This document shows, piece by piece, positions 9,537 through 19,267 of a stretch of DNA of 64,000 nucleotides. The first letter of the stretch is position 1; every line of letters begins with the position of its first letter. The stretch covers positions 6,986-70,985 of the forward strand of contig BJHK01000018.1 in assembly GCA_014192425.1 (NCBI GenBank), given 5' to 3'. The DNA is from Planctomycetia bacterium (GTDB lineage: Bacteria > Planctomycetota > Planctomycetia > Pirellulales > UBA1268). A program made the translations under genes and the position numbers. Under the pieces are notes generated by a model, which made no database searches, was not told the DNA's origin, and was given only the letters and a program-made list of their open reading frames with translations.

Positions 9537-10877
9537 GTGAGCCGTCCGACAATGGGCCGCATGAGCCCCGCGATCCGCCTCCTGCCGATCCTGATGCGGT
9601 CCCACGCCCGCAACCCCGAACCGTGGACCGGGGCGCTGGTCGCGGTTGCGGCGGTGTGGAGCCTGGCGGGCTCACCGGGGGACCCGATCGCGAACGCCGG
9701 CCCGCGCGTGGCCGTCGCGGTCTTGATGGGGGCGTTCGCCCAGGCAGCCGCCGGTGCGGTCGTCACGCCGCCGCTGTCGGCGATCGCCACGGTGCCCATG
9801 CTGCTGGCGCGGATCTGCTGGCCGGCCGGCGGCGCATGCCTGGCGGCCGTGGTGGGCCGGCTGGTCTGGGGCACGGGGGACTGGGGCACGGGGGACTGGG
9901 GCGAGGTCGCGACCGGCGTCGCTGCTGCCGCGGCGGCGACGGCGACGATGGCGACGGCCTGCGTGCGGCGCGGCATCGCGGCGGCGGATGCCCTGAGCGC
10001 CGCCCTCGCGGCCGCGGCCTGCGGCGCGGCCGCGGCCTGCGCAAGCTCCGGCGTCGTGCCGCCGCTTGCGGCGGCCGTCGTCGGCTGGACCGTGGCAGCG
10101 TGTGCCATCCGCTCCCTGCCCGCATCGTCTGCGCCGGGCGCTGGCTGGCACGGCCGACGAGCCGAGCGGCCCACGCCGGCGGCGACGCTCCTCGGGCACG
10201 GCCCCGTCCGCTCGGCCCTCTCCACGGCCGCGATGGCGACGGCGTTGGCGGGAATGGTGGCCTGGTTCTTTCTCGATCCCGCCCGGGCGGCCTGGTATCC
10301 GCTGCTCGCGGTGACGTGGTTCGTGTGTCTGGCCGTGCCCCAGGCCGTGGCACTGCCCGTGGCGGGACGAGCCGGCGACCTCGGCAGGTCCGCCGCCGGT
10401 GCTGACGGCGTGTGGCGGCTCCCCGCGGTGCGTCGGGCGCGGGCGTCCGTCACGGCTCATGCGCTGGTGCTCGGCTGGCCGGCGCTGGTGGCCCTCGGCC
10501 TGCATGGAAGCGGTGCCCTGGCCCGTGGCGATCAGGTGGTCGGGCCACCGGCCACGCTGGTCGGGCTCGCGGGGGCCGCCGGCGCCGTGACGGGGATCGT
10601 CTGCCTCGCCGCCCGGTGCGGATTGCCGGCATGCCGCGTTCGCGCCGTCGCTTTCACGGTCGCGGCTGCCTCGGGGCTCGCGGCCTTCGCTATCCTGCCC
10701 GCCCTGCCCGACCTGCTGCGGCCGCCGGCGCCATCCGGTCCAGGCGGTCACGTTGCGGGCCGCGCGGCTGTCGAGACGGCGCCGGCAAATCGGCCGGAAA
10801 TCGTCCGCTTTTTCGGGGATCGCGTCGACGCGATGAAACCGCGGTTGAGAAAATGGCCGGTTTGGAACGATAACTAG
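9537..10877 (+). CDS. Hypothetical Ala-rich polytopic membrane protein
   Basis: The frame has very high GC3, and the product has many hydrophobic Ala/Val/Leu/Gly segments. It contains an in-frame 15-bp x2 repeat (GTGDWGTGDW) at 9870-9899. I recognise no family. Confidence 0.5.
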   Translation: MSRPTMGRMSPAIRLLPILMRSHARNPEPWTGALVAVAAVWSLAGSPGDPIANAGPRVAVAVLMGAFAQAAAGAVVTPPLSAIATVPMLLARICWPAGGACLAAVVGRLVWGTGDWGTGDWGEVATGVAAAAAATATMATACVRRGIAAADALSAALAAAACGAAAACASSGVVPPLAAAVVGWTVAACAIRSLPASSAPGAGWHGRRAERPTPAATLLGHGPVRSALSTAAMATALAGMVAWFFLDPARAAWYPLLAVTWFVCLAVPQAVALPVAGRAGDLGRSAAGADGVWRLPAVRRARASVTAHALVLGWPALVALGLHGSGALARGDQVVGPPATLVGLAGAAGAVTGIVCLAARCGLPACRVRAVAFTVAAASGLAAFAILPALPDLLRPPAPSGPGGHVAGRAAVETAPANRPEIVRFFGDRVDAMKPRLRKWPVWNDN

Positions 10878-10929
10878 GTCGGTCCGCCAGGCGGACTTCC
10901 GTCCCCTGCCCTTCGCAAGGATTTCCGAG

Positions 10930-12978
10930 ATGCGCTCTTGCTTTCGTGGGTCGATCGCCGGCCGGGGCCGGCAGCGTGCCGCAGTCGCCGCGGTGCTGGC
11001 CACGCTCGGCATGATCGGACTCGCGGACGGCGCCGGCATGGCGCCCAGCGAGCAGGTCCTTCCCGACAGCACCCGGGCCTGGGTGAGCGCCCGGGATTTT
11101 CGCGCCACCCGCGAGCGGTTCCAGCGGTCGTCCTACGGCCAGTTGATCGCCGACCCGGCGATGAAGGAATTTCTCGACGGCCTACGCACCCAGTTGGCCA
11201 AGAATGGCCGGCAGCGGCTGGCGAATCTCGGCGTCGCAGTCGAGGACCTGGAAAAAATTCCGGGGGGCGAAGTGGCCCTCGCAGCCGTGGAGACGCCCGC
11301 TGCCGACGGCCGGGCCGGCCGGCTGGCCATGCTGCTGCTGGTCGACACGACGGGGCACGAGGCCGAGGCGAAGGCGCTCGTCGAGCGGATCACGAAGGGG
11401 CTGACGGACAAGAAGGCGACCCGGCTGGAACTCAAGTCGGCGCCGCCCCAACTGGTCGTCTACCAGCTGCCGCCCGATGAGCAGGCCGGGCCCGGCCGGC
11501 CGCCGCGGCAGGTGGCGTTGGCCCTGGCGCCGGCGGCGCTCGTCGTCGGCGACGACGCCGTGCAGGTCGGCCAGGCGTTCAACGCGCTGGCCCAGGGGCG
11601 GAAGGACTGCCTCGGCGCCATGCCGTCGTTCGCGAAGGTCGCCGAGACCTGCGGCGGCAAGGTCACCGGGAGCGAGTCGCCGGCCCGCTGGTTCATCGAT
11701 CCGCTGCGGTTCGCCAAGGCCTATCAGGCGACCAATCCGCCGCGCGAGAAGCGCAAGGGACCCGACATGGTGGCGATTCTCGGCCGGCAGGGATTCGATG
11801 CCATCAAGGGGGCCGGCGGCACCGTCGTCTTCGCCGCCAACGGCCAGGCGGTCCGCCACCACACGCTCGTCCATGCCCCTGCCCTCGCCGGCAGGGATCC
11901 GTTCGGCCCCGAGCGGTTCGATCTCGGCGCCCGGGTCCTGCGGTTTCCGGACGCCGTCGGCGTCGCGCCGCCGGCCTGGGCCGGAAGTGCCCTGGCCGGC
12001 TGGACCGCGCTGCAGTGGGACATCCGCAAGGCGTTCGCTTCGGCCGACGGATTGGTGGACGACATCATCGGCGAGAAGGGCGTCTTCAAGGACGTCGTCG
12101 AATCGATCCGTGACGAGCCCGACGGGCCGCAGGTCGACGTCGAGGCCGACCTCGTCAACGTGCTCGGCAGCCGCGTCGTGCTGCTCTCCGGCCACACCGA
12201 GCCCCTGGGGACGGACTGCGAACGGCTCTTGATCGCGGTCGAGGCCACCGATCCAGAGCGGCTCGCCAAGACGATCGACAAACTGATGAAGGCCGACTCC
12301 GACATGCGCCGGATCGAGGTCGCGGGGCACGGTGTCTGGGAACTGATCGACCGCACCCACGACGAGCTGCAGGTCCAGGTCGAGCTGCCCGGCGCCGCCG
12401 GCGTCAAACACGCCGACGGCCACGACGGCGACGACGACGCGGCCCACCGCCGCCGGCAGAAGATGCGCCAGAAGGAGGAGCGGATGCTGCCGCATTCGAC
12501 GGTCACGGTCGCCCACGGCCACCTCCTCATCGCCTCGCACCGCGACATCCTCGAGAAGGTGCTGACGCAGCCGGCGGACGCGACGCTCGCCGCGACGGCC
12601 GACTACCGCGCCGCCGCCGCACAGCTCGACGGCCTGCTGCCGGGGACGTCGGCCGCCCGGTCGTTCCTGCGCGAGGAGGACGCGCTGCGGCCGTCGTACG
12701 AACTCCTCCGGGACGGCGCGATGCCCAAGTCGAAGAGCCTTCTCGGGCAGGTGCTCAACGGGGCGCTCGGCGAGGCCAAGCCGGGCGCGGTCCGCGAGCA
12801 GCGGCTCGATGGCAAGACGCTGCCGCCGTTCGAGGCGATCCGCCGGCATCTCGGCGTCGGCTGCCTGGGGATGCAGACGACCGTCGACGGCTGGTACGTG
12901 GCCGGTGCGGTCATCCCGCGGCAGGGACTGCAGCCGAACGTGGCGGTCCAGCCGGGAGAGCCGCCGGCCCGGCAGTGA
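10930..12978 (+). CDS. Hypothetical secreted protein (planctomycete-type conserved hypothetical)
   Basis: The 682-aa product has a signal-like N-terminus (AAVAAVLATLGMIGLADGAG), balanced composition and high GC3. I recognise no catalytic motif. Confidence 0.6.
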   Translation: MRSCFRGSIAGRGRQRAAVAAVLATLGMIGLADGAGMAPSEQVLPDSTRAWVSARDFRATRERFQRSSYGQLIADPAMKEFLDGLRTQLAKNGRQRLANLGVAVEDLEKIPGGEVALAAVETPAADGRAGRLAMLLLVDTTGHEAEAKALVERITKGLTDKKATRLELKSAPPQLVVYQLPPDEQAGPGRPPRQVALALAPAALVVGDDAVQVGQAFNALAQGRKDCLGAMPSFAKVAETCGGKVTGSESPARWFIDPLRFAKAYQATNPPREKRKGPDMVAILGRQGFDAIKGAGGTVVFAANGQAVRHHTLVHAPALAGRDPFGPERFDLGARVLRFPDAVGVAPPAWAGSALAGWTALQWDIRKAFASADGLVDDIIGEKGVFKDVVESIRDEPDGPQVDVEADLVNVLGSRVVLLSGHTEPLGTDCERLLIAVEATDPERLAKTIDKLMKADSDMRRIEVAGHGVWELIDRTHDELQVQVELPGAAGVKHADGHDGDDDAAHRRRQKMRQKEERMLPHSTVTVAHGHLLIASHRDILEKVLTQPADATLAATADYRAAAAQLDGLLPGTSAARSFLREEDALRPSYELLRDGAMPKSKSLLGQVLNGALGEAKPGAVREQRLDGKTLPPFEAIRRHLGVGCLGMQTTVDGWYVAGAVIPRQGLQPNVAVQPGEPPARQ

Positions 12979-13004
12979 CGCCGTGCGAGCGGGGCGGGTG
13001 AGCG

Positions 13005-15389
13005 TCAGTCGCGGCCGCGGCCGGCCGCGCCGCCCGGCTTCTTCTCGACGACGGCCCAAAAGGGGTGCTGGCGGTCGGCCCGCAGCCGGAGGTCCTCCAG
13101 CATCACGCGCAGGTCGGGGTTCACCCGGCCGGCGAACACCCGCTCGCCCGCCACCGTGACGCTCGTGGGCAGGGCGAAGTCGATGAACTCGGGCGCCAGC
13201 CAGACGCGCACGTTGCGGGCGCCGCACTGGACCCTGATCACGTTCCCCGGCTTGACGGTCTGCGCCTTGGCGTCCACCTCGAAGGCGACCGTTCCCTTGG
13301 GGGGCGGCCACTGCGCCGGGAGCACGAGGGTCTTCGCCGGCGGGTCGTCGTATTCCAGCCACCAGAAGAACCGGTCCCAGGGCCGCATCGACACCGCCTC
13401 GATCTGCGCCGGAAAGAAGGCCCGCTTCCGCCTGCCGAGCCAGTCGAAGATCCGCAGTTGCTCGTCGGCGAAGTGCTCGTGCCCGCGGCCCCGGTACTCG
13501 ACGTAGGTGACGTCGAAGCCGCGCTCGAAATACTCGTCGAGATCGACCGCGTTGCGCTTCAGCGTGCCGCCGTCGAGCTCGCCGCCGACGAGGTACAGCG
13601 GGACGGCGGCGGCGTTCTTCCAGTAGAAGCGGACGTACTTGTCGGCCGTGGCGGAGATGCCCACCATGCCGGCCCACATGTCCGGATGGGCGAGCGCCAC
13701 GTCCCAGGCCGCGTTGCCCCCCTGCGCGTGCCCGGCGAGGAACACCCGGTCGCTGTCGATGGAGAACCGGCGGCAGGCCTCGCGGACCGCCCCGAGCACC
13801 ACGGCGTGCTCGCGGGCGCTGAACTCGTACCCCGCCTGGTCCGCGCGGGCCCACGCGGGCGCGATCACGATCATACCGTGGCGGGTCGCCTGCCCCGCCC
13901 GGATGCCGTCCTGCCCGGGCATGCCCGCCCACCACTCGACCTGCGACAGCGGGGTCATGCCGCCGGCGTGCAGGGCCACGATCGCGGGGTAGCGTCGGAG
14001 CGGATCGTATTCGGGGGGCAGCTGCACGAGGCAGGCCGCCTTGTCGTCGTCGCCGAGGCCGGTCACGGTCAGTTCGTGCAGGCCCGGGCTGCTGGCCGCG
14101 GGGGGATCGAGCGGCGGCCGCATGTGCGCGGCGATGGCGGCGACCGTCGCCGGCTCGAACGCCTCCTCTTCCCCCATCCGGGTGAACAGGGCGTCGCGGG
14201 CCGCGGCGTCGGCCGTCCGCAGGTAGTCGCGGATCAGGCCGCGGAGCCGGAGCGCCGACAGCGACAGCTTGAGGTTCTCGGTGCCGGCCCCGACACCCTG
14301 CAGCCAGCCGCCGATGGCGACGGCCAGCAGCCGGTCGGCGGGCCTGCCGGCATCGTCGGCGAGCTGGTCGAACGTCGCCAGCCGCTCCACGGTGGCGAAC
14401 GAAAGTTGCTCGCGGATCTCCGCCAGCGTCTCACCGGCGGCCCGCCGACTGCCCTCGTCCTCGATGCCGGCCAGCAGTTTTTCCAGCCGGGCGACGAGGT
14501 CGCGGGCCTGCTGCAGCCGCTCGCGGTAGCGCTCGCGGGCCTCGCGGATGGCCTCCAGGGTCTCGCTTCCGAGGTTGTCCGTGGGAAACGATTCCAGGAG
14601 CCGCATCGCCAGCCGATCCTGGCCGGAGCGCCCGCGCAGGGCGAGTTCGGCGAGGATCTGCCGGGCCGTGAACTCCGCCAGCCTGCGGCGCTGGTCGTCG
14701 AGGCCGGAGAGCGTGGGGAAGTCGGCGAGCACGCCCTCCAGCTCGCGCCGCGCCTCCTCGTAACGCTCGCCCTGGATGAGCAGCCGCACCACCCGCAGCC
14801 GCTCGTCGGGGTTCGTGCGGTCGATGTGCTGCTCGATCACCCGACGCAGCACGTCGCGGGGAAGGGTGCTCGTCGCCACCCGCATGTCGAGCAGGATCGG
14901 CTGCTCGGTGACGATGCCCTCGATCCGCGTCCAGCGCGGGGTGATCTCGGTGATCCCCTGCACGACGTCGACACGGCCGCCGGCCGTGTCGAGCGCGAGG
15001 ATCCGCCGGCCGAACTCGTCGAACGGGGTCGCCCGGAGCGCGGCCCCGATTCCGATCACGCGCCGGCCCTTTTCCGGCACGGGCTGCGGGATGCGGATGC
15101 GCTCCACGCCCAAGTCGACGGGGCCCTCCTCCGTCCGCGCGACCTGCCGCTTGGCCACCATGGTCCGCGTGAGTTCGTCGTCACAGACCAGGATGTTGGT
15201 GATCGGGGAGGGCTGCGTCGCCTTGGCCGGATCGACGGCCACGCTGGGCAGGACCGCGAACCGCCCCTCGAGGACGCGGCCGTCGCGCAGCGTGACCTGG
15301 TCGGCACGGCCGCTGGCCGCGAGCAGCACGCCCCACGCCGGGGCGAGGACCGCAAGGAGGATCTGCGTGCCGCGCGACGAGCGAACCAT
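13005..15389 (-). CDS. Secreted two-domain protein: helical N-terminal region plus a C-terminal alpha/beta-hydrolase (esterase/peptidase-like) fold with an atypical GHAQG nucleophile elbow
   Basis: A signal peptide is present (ILLAVLAPAWGVLLAASGRA). The C-terminal part (IVALHAGG...VFLAGHAQGGNAAWDVALAHPDMWAGMVGISA...YRGRGHEHF) looks like an esterase/PHB-depolymerase-type hydrolase. Confidence 0.75.
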   Translation of the reverse strand: MVRSSRGTQILLAVLAPAWGVLLAASGRADQVTLRDGRVLEGRFAVLPSVAVDPAKATQPSPITNILVCDDELTRTMVAKRQVARTEEGPVDLGVERIRIPQPVPEKGRRVIGIGAALRATPFDEFGRRILALDTAGGRVDVVQGITEITPRWTRIEGIVTEQPILLDMRVATSTLPRDVLRRVIEQHIDRTNPDERLRVVRLLIQGERYEEARRELEGVLADFPTLSGLDDQRRRLAEFTARQILAELALRGRSGQDRLAMRLLESFPTDNLGSETLEAIREARERYRERLQQARDLVARLEKLLAGIEDEGSRRAAGETLAEIREQLSFATVERLATFDQLADDAGRPADRLLAVAIGGWLQGVGAGTENLKLSLSALRLRGLIRDYLRTADAAARDALFTRMGEEEAFEPATVAAIAAHMRPPLDPPAASSPGLHELTVTGLGDDDKAACLVQLPPEYDPLRRYPAIVALHAGGMTPLSQVEWWAGMPGQDGIRAGQATRHGMIVIAPAWARADQAGYEFSAREHAVVLGAVREACRRFSIDSDRVFLAGHAQGGNAAWDVALAHPDMWAGMVGISATADKYVRFYWKNAAAVPLYLVGGELDGGTLKRNAVDLDEYFERGFDVTYVEYRGRGHEHFADEQLRIFDWLGRRKRAFFPAQIEAVSMRPWDRFFWWLEYDDPPAKTLVLPAQWPPPKGTVAFEVDAKAQTVKPGNVIRVQCGARNVRVWLAPEFIDFALPTSVTVAGERVFAGRVNPDLRVMLEDLRLRADRQHPFWAVVEKKPGGAAGRGRD

Positions 15390-15649
15390 GGTGCAGCCTC
15401 CGGGGGGGCCTGCCGACTCCTGCAGGATCCGTCATCATGCCGCACGACGGCGAAAAAAGGCAGTCCAGCGGGTGTCCCTTGCCGACCGCATGCGCAGCGG
15501 CGGGCGGCCGGCAGGTTGTTGCTTGACGGTGGCCGGCGCTGGACGGGACAATCATCGCGAGTGTCCGTCGGTGGCGAGCACCCGCCAGCCTGCTCCATCC
15601 CGCCGAACATGCTCCATCCCGCCGAACAACGACAACCTGCAGTGGTGAC

Positions 15650-16030
15650 ATGACGCGCGACGGTCTCGGGCGCCTGCTGGCATGGGGAGTGGTCGCGGCC
15701 TTGCTGCTGCCGGTGCTCCTCGTGGTCCTGCTGGGCCTGTCGGCCCTGCTGCAGGCGGTCGGCGACGAGGGGGGGGCGCGGGCCTGCAGTCGCGCTGCGA
15801 TCGGCGGTGGCGTCGCCTGGATCGCGGCGCTCGTCGTCACGGTTGCCGTGAACGCGATGCTGACGCTTTGCGGACCGGGCGTCCCGCCTGCGGTCGCCGG
15901 CCACGGCCGCGATCCTCGGCGTCGGCGACGCCGCCGATCCGACCGGCTCGTCCGGGAGCATCCGGGGCTGGGAGACGCGGGACCGGGAGACCGACGCGGA
16001 GCGGCGGACCGGGGACCGGGAGCTGGATAG
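15650..16030 (+). CDS. Small hypothetical membrane protein
   Basis: The 126-aa product has two hydrophobic segments followed by an Arg/Gly-rich tail. It ends 3 nt before the next gene. Support comes only from composition and position. Confidence 0.4.
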   Translation: MTRDGLGRLLAWGVVAALLLPVLLVVLLGLSALLQAVGDEGGARACSRAAIGGGVAWIAALVVTVAVNAMLTLCGPGVPPAVAGHGRDPRRRRRRRSDRLVREHPGLGDAGPGDRRGAADRGPGAG

Positions 16031-16033
16031 ACC

Positions 16034-17653
16034 ATGAAGCGCAGCACGGCGGCAGGTGTGGTCCACGAAGGCGGCCGGCTGTGCCGGGGGTGCTGCGTCG
16101 CGCTGGTGATGCTGGGGGCGCTCGGAGCGGCGCCGGGCCGCAGCCAGGAGCTGGCGGCGGGCCGAAAAATCTCCTTCAGCACGCAGGTCGCCCCGATCCT
16201 CGCCGCCCGCTGCGGCGGCTGCCACGTCGCCGGCAACAAGGGCAACTTCCAGATGCCGTCGCACGCGGCCCTGCTCGCCTCCGGGTTCGTGCAGCGGGGC
16301 AACCCCAGCGCCAGCCGCCTCCTCGAGGTGATCCTGACGGGCGACATGCCGCGCGGCGGTGGGAAGATCTCGTCCGACGAGGTGGCGGTGCTGACGAAAT
16401 GGATTGCCGCCGGCGCCCCCTTCGACGGCCCCGACCCGACGGTGTCGATCGACGTGCTCGCCCGGACCGCCGCGCCCCCGCCTCCGACGCCGCCTCCGGC
16501 CAAGCCGGTGGCCATCCGACCCGGCGAGGTTCTGTTCGCGACTGACATCGCCCCGATCTTCATCACCCACTGCGTCACCTGCCACGACGACCGCGACCCC
16601 GAGGCGAACCTGCGCATGACGAGCCTCGATGCGCTGCTGGCCGGCGGCCGGTCGAAGTCGCCGGTGGTGGTTGGCAAGGGGGCCGAGAGCCTGCTGGTCA
16701 GGAAGCTTCGCGGCCGGAACATCGACGGGCAGCGGATGCCGCTCAACAAGAATCCGCTTCCTGACGATGTCATCGCCCTCGTCGAGCGCTGGATCGACGA
16801 GGGTGCGCGGCTCGACCTGCTGACGGGCAAGAGTCCCCTCGACGCCGTGGCCGCCGCCGGCCGGTCCCGCCGCCTCTCGGGGAAGGAGCTCAGTGCGATC
16901 CGCTTCGCGGCCGGCGAGAAGGTCTGGCGGCGGGCGATCCCCGACGAGCCGCCGCAGTCCGTCCGCCGGGAACGGGTCTGCCTGATCGGCAACCTGCCCG
17001 CGGAGCGGCTCGAGCTGCTGGCCGCCGCGGCCGACGACCTCGTCGGCCGCGTGGAGAAGGAACTCGTCGGGGACGACGGCGACTTGCTCAAGGGGGGCAT
17101 CGTCGTCTACACCTTCGCGAAGGCCTACGACTATTCGGCGTTCTGGCAGGAGGTGGTCGGTGTCGAGCGGCCGCGCGGGATCGTCGGCCATGCCGGCGTC
17201 TCCGGTGACGTGGCCTACGGCGCGCTGACGGTCGCCGCGGACGACGCCGACACGAGGCTCCTGCTCGCCGAGCAGATCAGCGCCGCGGCGCTGGCGGGCC
17301 GCGAGCTGCCCGGCTGGTTCGTCCGCGGTGCGGCCCGAGCCGTGGCGGTCAGGATCGTGCCCAAGGCAGCGCTCGCGCAGGAGTGGAAGCAGGAGCTGCC
17401 GCTGGCGCTCGATCGGGTCGGGGGGGCGAAGGCCTACTTCGCCGGTCAGGCGGACGCCAGCACTGCCGCGGTGGTCGGCGGCGGCTTCGTCGCGACGATC
17501 GCCACGGGGGCACGGCTGCGGCAGGTGGTGGAGATCGTCGACGGCGGTGGCTCGTTCGACGACGCCTTCGCCAAGGTCTTCAGGGCGCAGCCGGCGGACG
17601 CCTTCGATGCCTGGGCCGCGAAGGCCGCCCGCGGCCGGGGCCGGGGCCGCTGA
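16034..17653 (+). CDS. Planctomycete cytochrome-c-domain protein with two CxxCH motifs
   Basis: A signal peptide is present. Two modules (APILAARCGGCH... and APIFITHCVTCH...) match the PSCyt-type heme-binding domain arrangement. The roughly 300-aa C-terminal region is uncharacterised. Confidence 0.8.
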   Translation: MKRSTAAGVVHEGGRLCRGCCVALVMLGALGAAPGRSQELAAGRKISFSTQVAPILAARCGGCHVAGNKGNFQMPSHAALLASGFVQRGNPSASRLLEVILTGDMPRGGGKISSDEVAVLTKWIAAGAPFDGPDPTVSIDVLARTAAPPPPTPPPAKPVAIRPGEVLFATDIAPIFITHCVTCHDDRDPEANLRMTSLDALLAGGRSKSPVVVGKGAESLLVRKLRGRNIDGQRMPLNKNPLPDDVIALVERWIDEGARLDLLTGKSPLDAVAAAGRSRRLSGKELSAIRFAAGEKVWRRAIPDEPPQSVRRERVCLIGNLPAERLELLAAAADDLVGRVEKELVGDDGDLLKGGIVVYTFAKAYDYSAFWQEVVGVERPRGIVGHAGVSGDVAYGALTVAADDADTRLLLAEQISAAALAGRELPGWFVRGAARAVAVRIVPKAALAQEWKQELPLALDRVGGAKAYFAGQADASTAAVVGGGFVATIATGARLRQVVEIVDGGGSFDDAFAKVFRAQPADAFDAWAAKAARGRGRGR

Positions 17654-17951
17654 CGGGCCGCAGCCGCGGCCAGTAGCGGACTGGGGCGGGGGCCGGGGGC
17701 GATAAGTCTTCCACCGCGATGCCGTGGTGTCGTGTGATGCGGAGAGCTCGTTTAGGAAAAACGGGGGTGCCTTGGATTCCGGGGCACGTGATCCGGAACG
17801 AGCCGGCGTGACGTGCGACAAGAACCATCGATCGGCCCCCAACGAGCCTCGGTAAGAGCTCACCGGCATGGATCGACAGCATCACGAACATGGCAGAAAA
17901 CTTATCGCCGCCGCCCCCCTTTCCTTCCGTGCACGGGATTCCCTCCGGGCG

Positions 17952-19058
17952 TCAATACTCGCCCGAGTCGCGGCCGTAGGGCTCCATCGTCTTCGTGTTC
18001 CGCTCGACGGCCAGCACCACCGTCCGCCGCGCGCCTGCATCCGGGGCGCTGGCCACGATCGGAATGACCTGCCGCCGGTTCGGCATCTCGACGCGCACGC
18101 GGAACGTCCCGTCGGCGGCGAGTTTCACCGGCTCGCCGTGCAACGTCACGTAGGCGTCGGGCCGAGTCGCCCCGTAGACGACCATCTCGGCATCGACCTG
18201 CAGCTCGCAATCGCAGGCGACGGCCTCGGGCTCTTCCGCCTCCACCACCGCGTGCCGTGCCTCGGGCGGGCTCATCGGCCGGCGCATCCGCTCCGCGAAA
18301 AGCTCCTGCAAATCGGCCGGCGCGGTGTCCCCGGAAAAACCGCCGCTCATGGCGTAGATCCGGTCGCAGTCGCCGGCGATCTCACCCCAGTGGACATCGA
18401 GCGTGTCCCCTTGGGCAGTGACCGGCGTGCTCACGGCGTTGCTGCGGCCGAGCGCATGAAACCGGCCACTCGTCGTCCGGTAGCCCAGTTCCACCCGGCA
18501 GCGCAGCGGATCGCGGACGTCGATGAACCAGTTCTTCACGCCCCCATGGACCCCGATCTCGCGGATCACCTTTTCGGCAGCCGAGTTCTGCAGGTCGCTG
18601 TCCAACTGCACGATGCGCAGGACCGGACGGGCCGTGTGCCATTCCTGGCCCAGTGCGGCACGGGCTCGATCGATGCTCCGGGGGGTCACCTCCCAGAACG
18701 CGTGCAGCCAGTGCGGGCCGCGAACCATGAGCACGATCCGGTCCCGGTCGCGGCGGCTGCCCCGTGCCTGCTCGGGTCGCGTCGCCAGGTCCTTGACCCG
18801 CGACAGCCGGTCGCGGGCCTCGGCGATCCTTGCCGCCACACGCGGGTCGCAGGATGGGCCCGGGCCAAACGCGGTCGGCGCGGATGCCTGCCGCGACTCC
18901 TGGTCGCCGGCCGGTCGCGGCAGGGCGCCCTTCGCCTTGCGAACGAGGGCCTTGATGAGCTGATCCTTCCGCATCGCGTGCCAGCCCGAGACCCCGTGCT
19001 GTTTGGCCAGCCGGGCCAAATCCCTGACCCGCTTGTCCTTGAGGCTCGCCGACGTCAT
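17952..19058 (-). CDS. DUF4912-like protein with a Rho-N/SAP-like N-terminal helix pair
   Basis: The N-terminus is SLKDKRVRDLARLAKQHGVSGWHAMRKDQLIKALV (Rho_N-like). The body contains LMVRGPHWLHAFWEV and LRIV, which resemble DUF4912. Confidence 0.75.
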   Translation of the reverse strand: MTSASLKDKRVRDLARLAKQHGVSGWHAMRKDQLIKALVRKAKGALPRPAGDQESRQASAPTAFGPGPSCDPRVAARIAEARDRLSRVKDLATRPEQARGSRRDRDRIVLMVRGPHWLHAFWEVTPRSIDRARAALGQEWHTARPVLRIVQLDSDLQNSAAEKVIREIGVHGGVKNWFIDVRDPLRCRVELGYRTTSGRFHALGRSNAVSTPVTAQGDTLDVHWGEIAGDCDRIYAMSGGFSGDTAPADLQELFAERMRRPMSPPEARHAVVEAEEPEAVACDCELQVDAEMVVYGATRPDAYVTLHGEPVKLAADGTFRVRVEMPNRRQVIPIVASAPDAGARRTVVLAVERNTKTMEPYGRDSGEY

Positions 19059-19267
19059 GCGCTTGGTTTCCCTGGGAAAGACGACCGTGTCTCAACAAGG
19101 CTACCGACGACCTGCCTTCCCGGCAAATTTCAGGGGCTCGAATGCCGGTCCTAAAGTCTTGTACCCCAATCCCTTGCGCTGCGTTTTGGGACGGCTTTGT
19201 GGCCGTCCTTTCGGGTCGACACGCGGGCGGAATCAGGCTCCGGGGCACGCGACCGGCCGGGGCTTCG

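Noticed and set aside
9870-9899. A 15-bp x2 repeat (GTGDWGTGDW) in the Ala-rich membrane protein as a functional motif
   Set aside because: It is only two copies, in frame, within a low-complexity protein. Simple slippage is the most likely explanation, so it is noted in the feature evidence only.
6599-10453. A 1284-aa ORF on the minus strand, one of the longest in the track
   Set aside because: It lies antisense to pyk, argG and the Ala-rich membrane gene, whose products have unmistakable family motifs. Its translation is Arg/Ala/Gly/Pro-rich low-complexity sequence. This is a typical stop-poor shadow frame in roughly 70% GC DNA.
11182-17869. Several ORFs of 800-940 aa: 11182..13935 (-), 13065..15653 (+), 15056..17869 (-) and 15181..17100 (-)
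   Set aside because: Each is antisense or out of frame to a gene with coherent signal peptides and domains. All are Arg/Pro/Gly-rich with no motifs.
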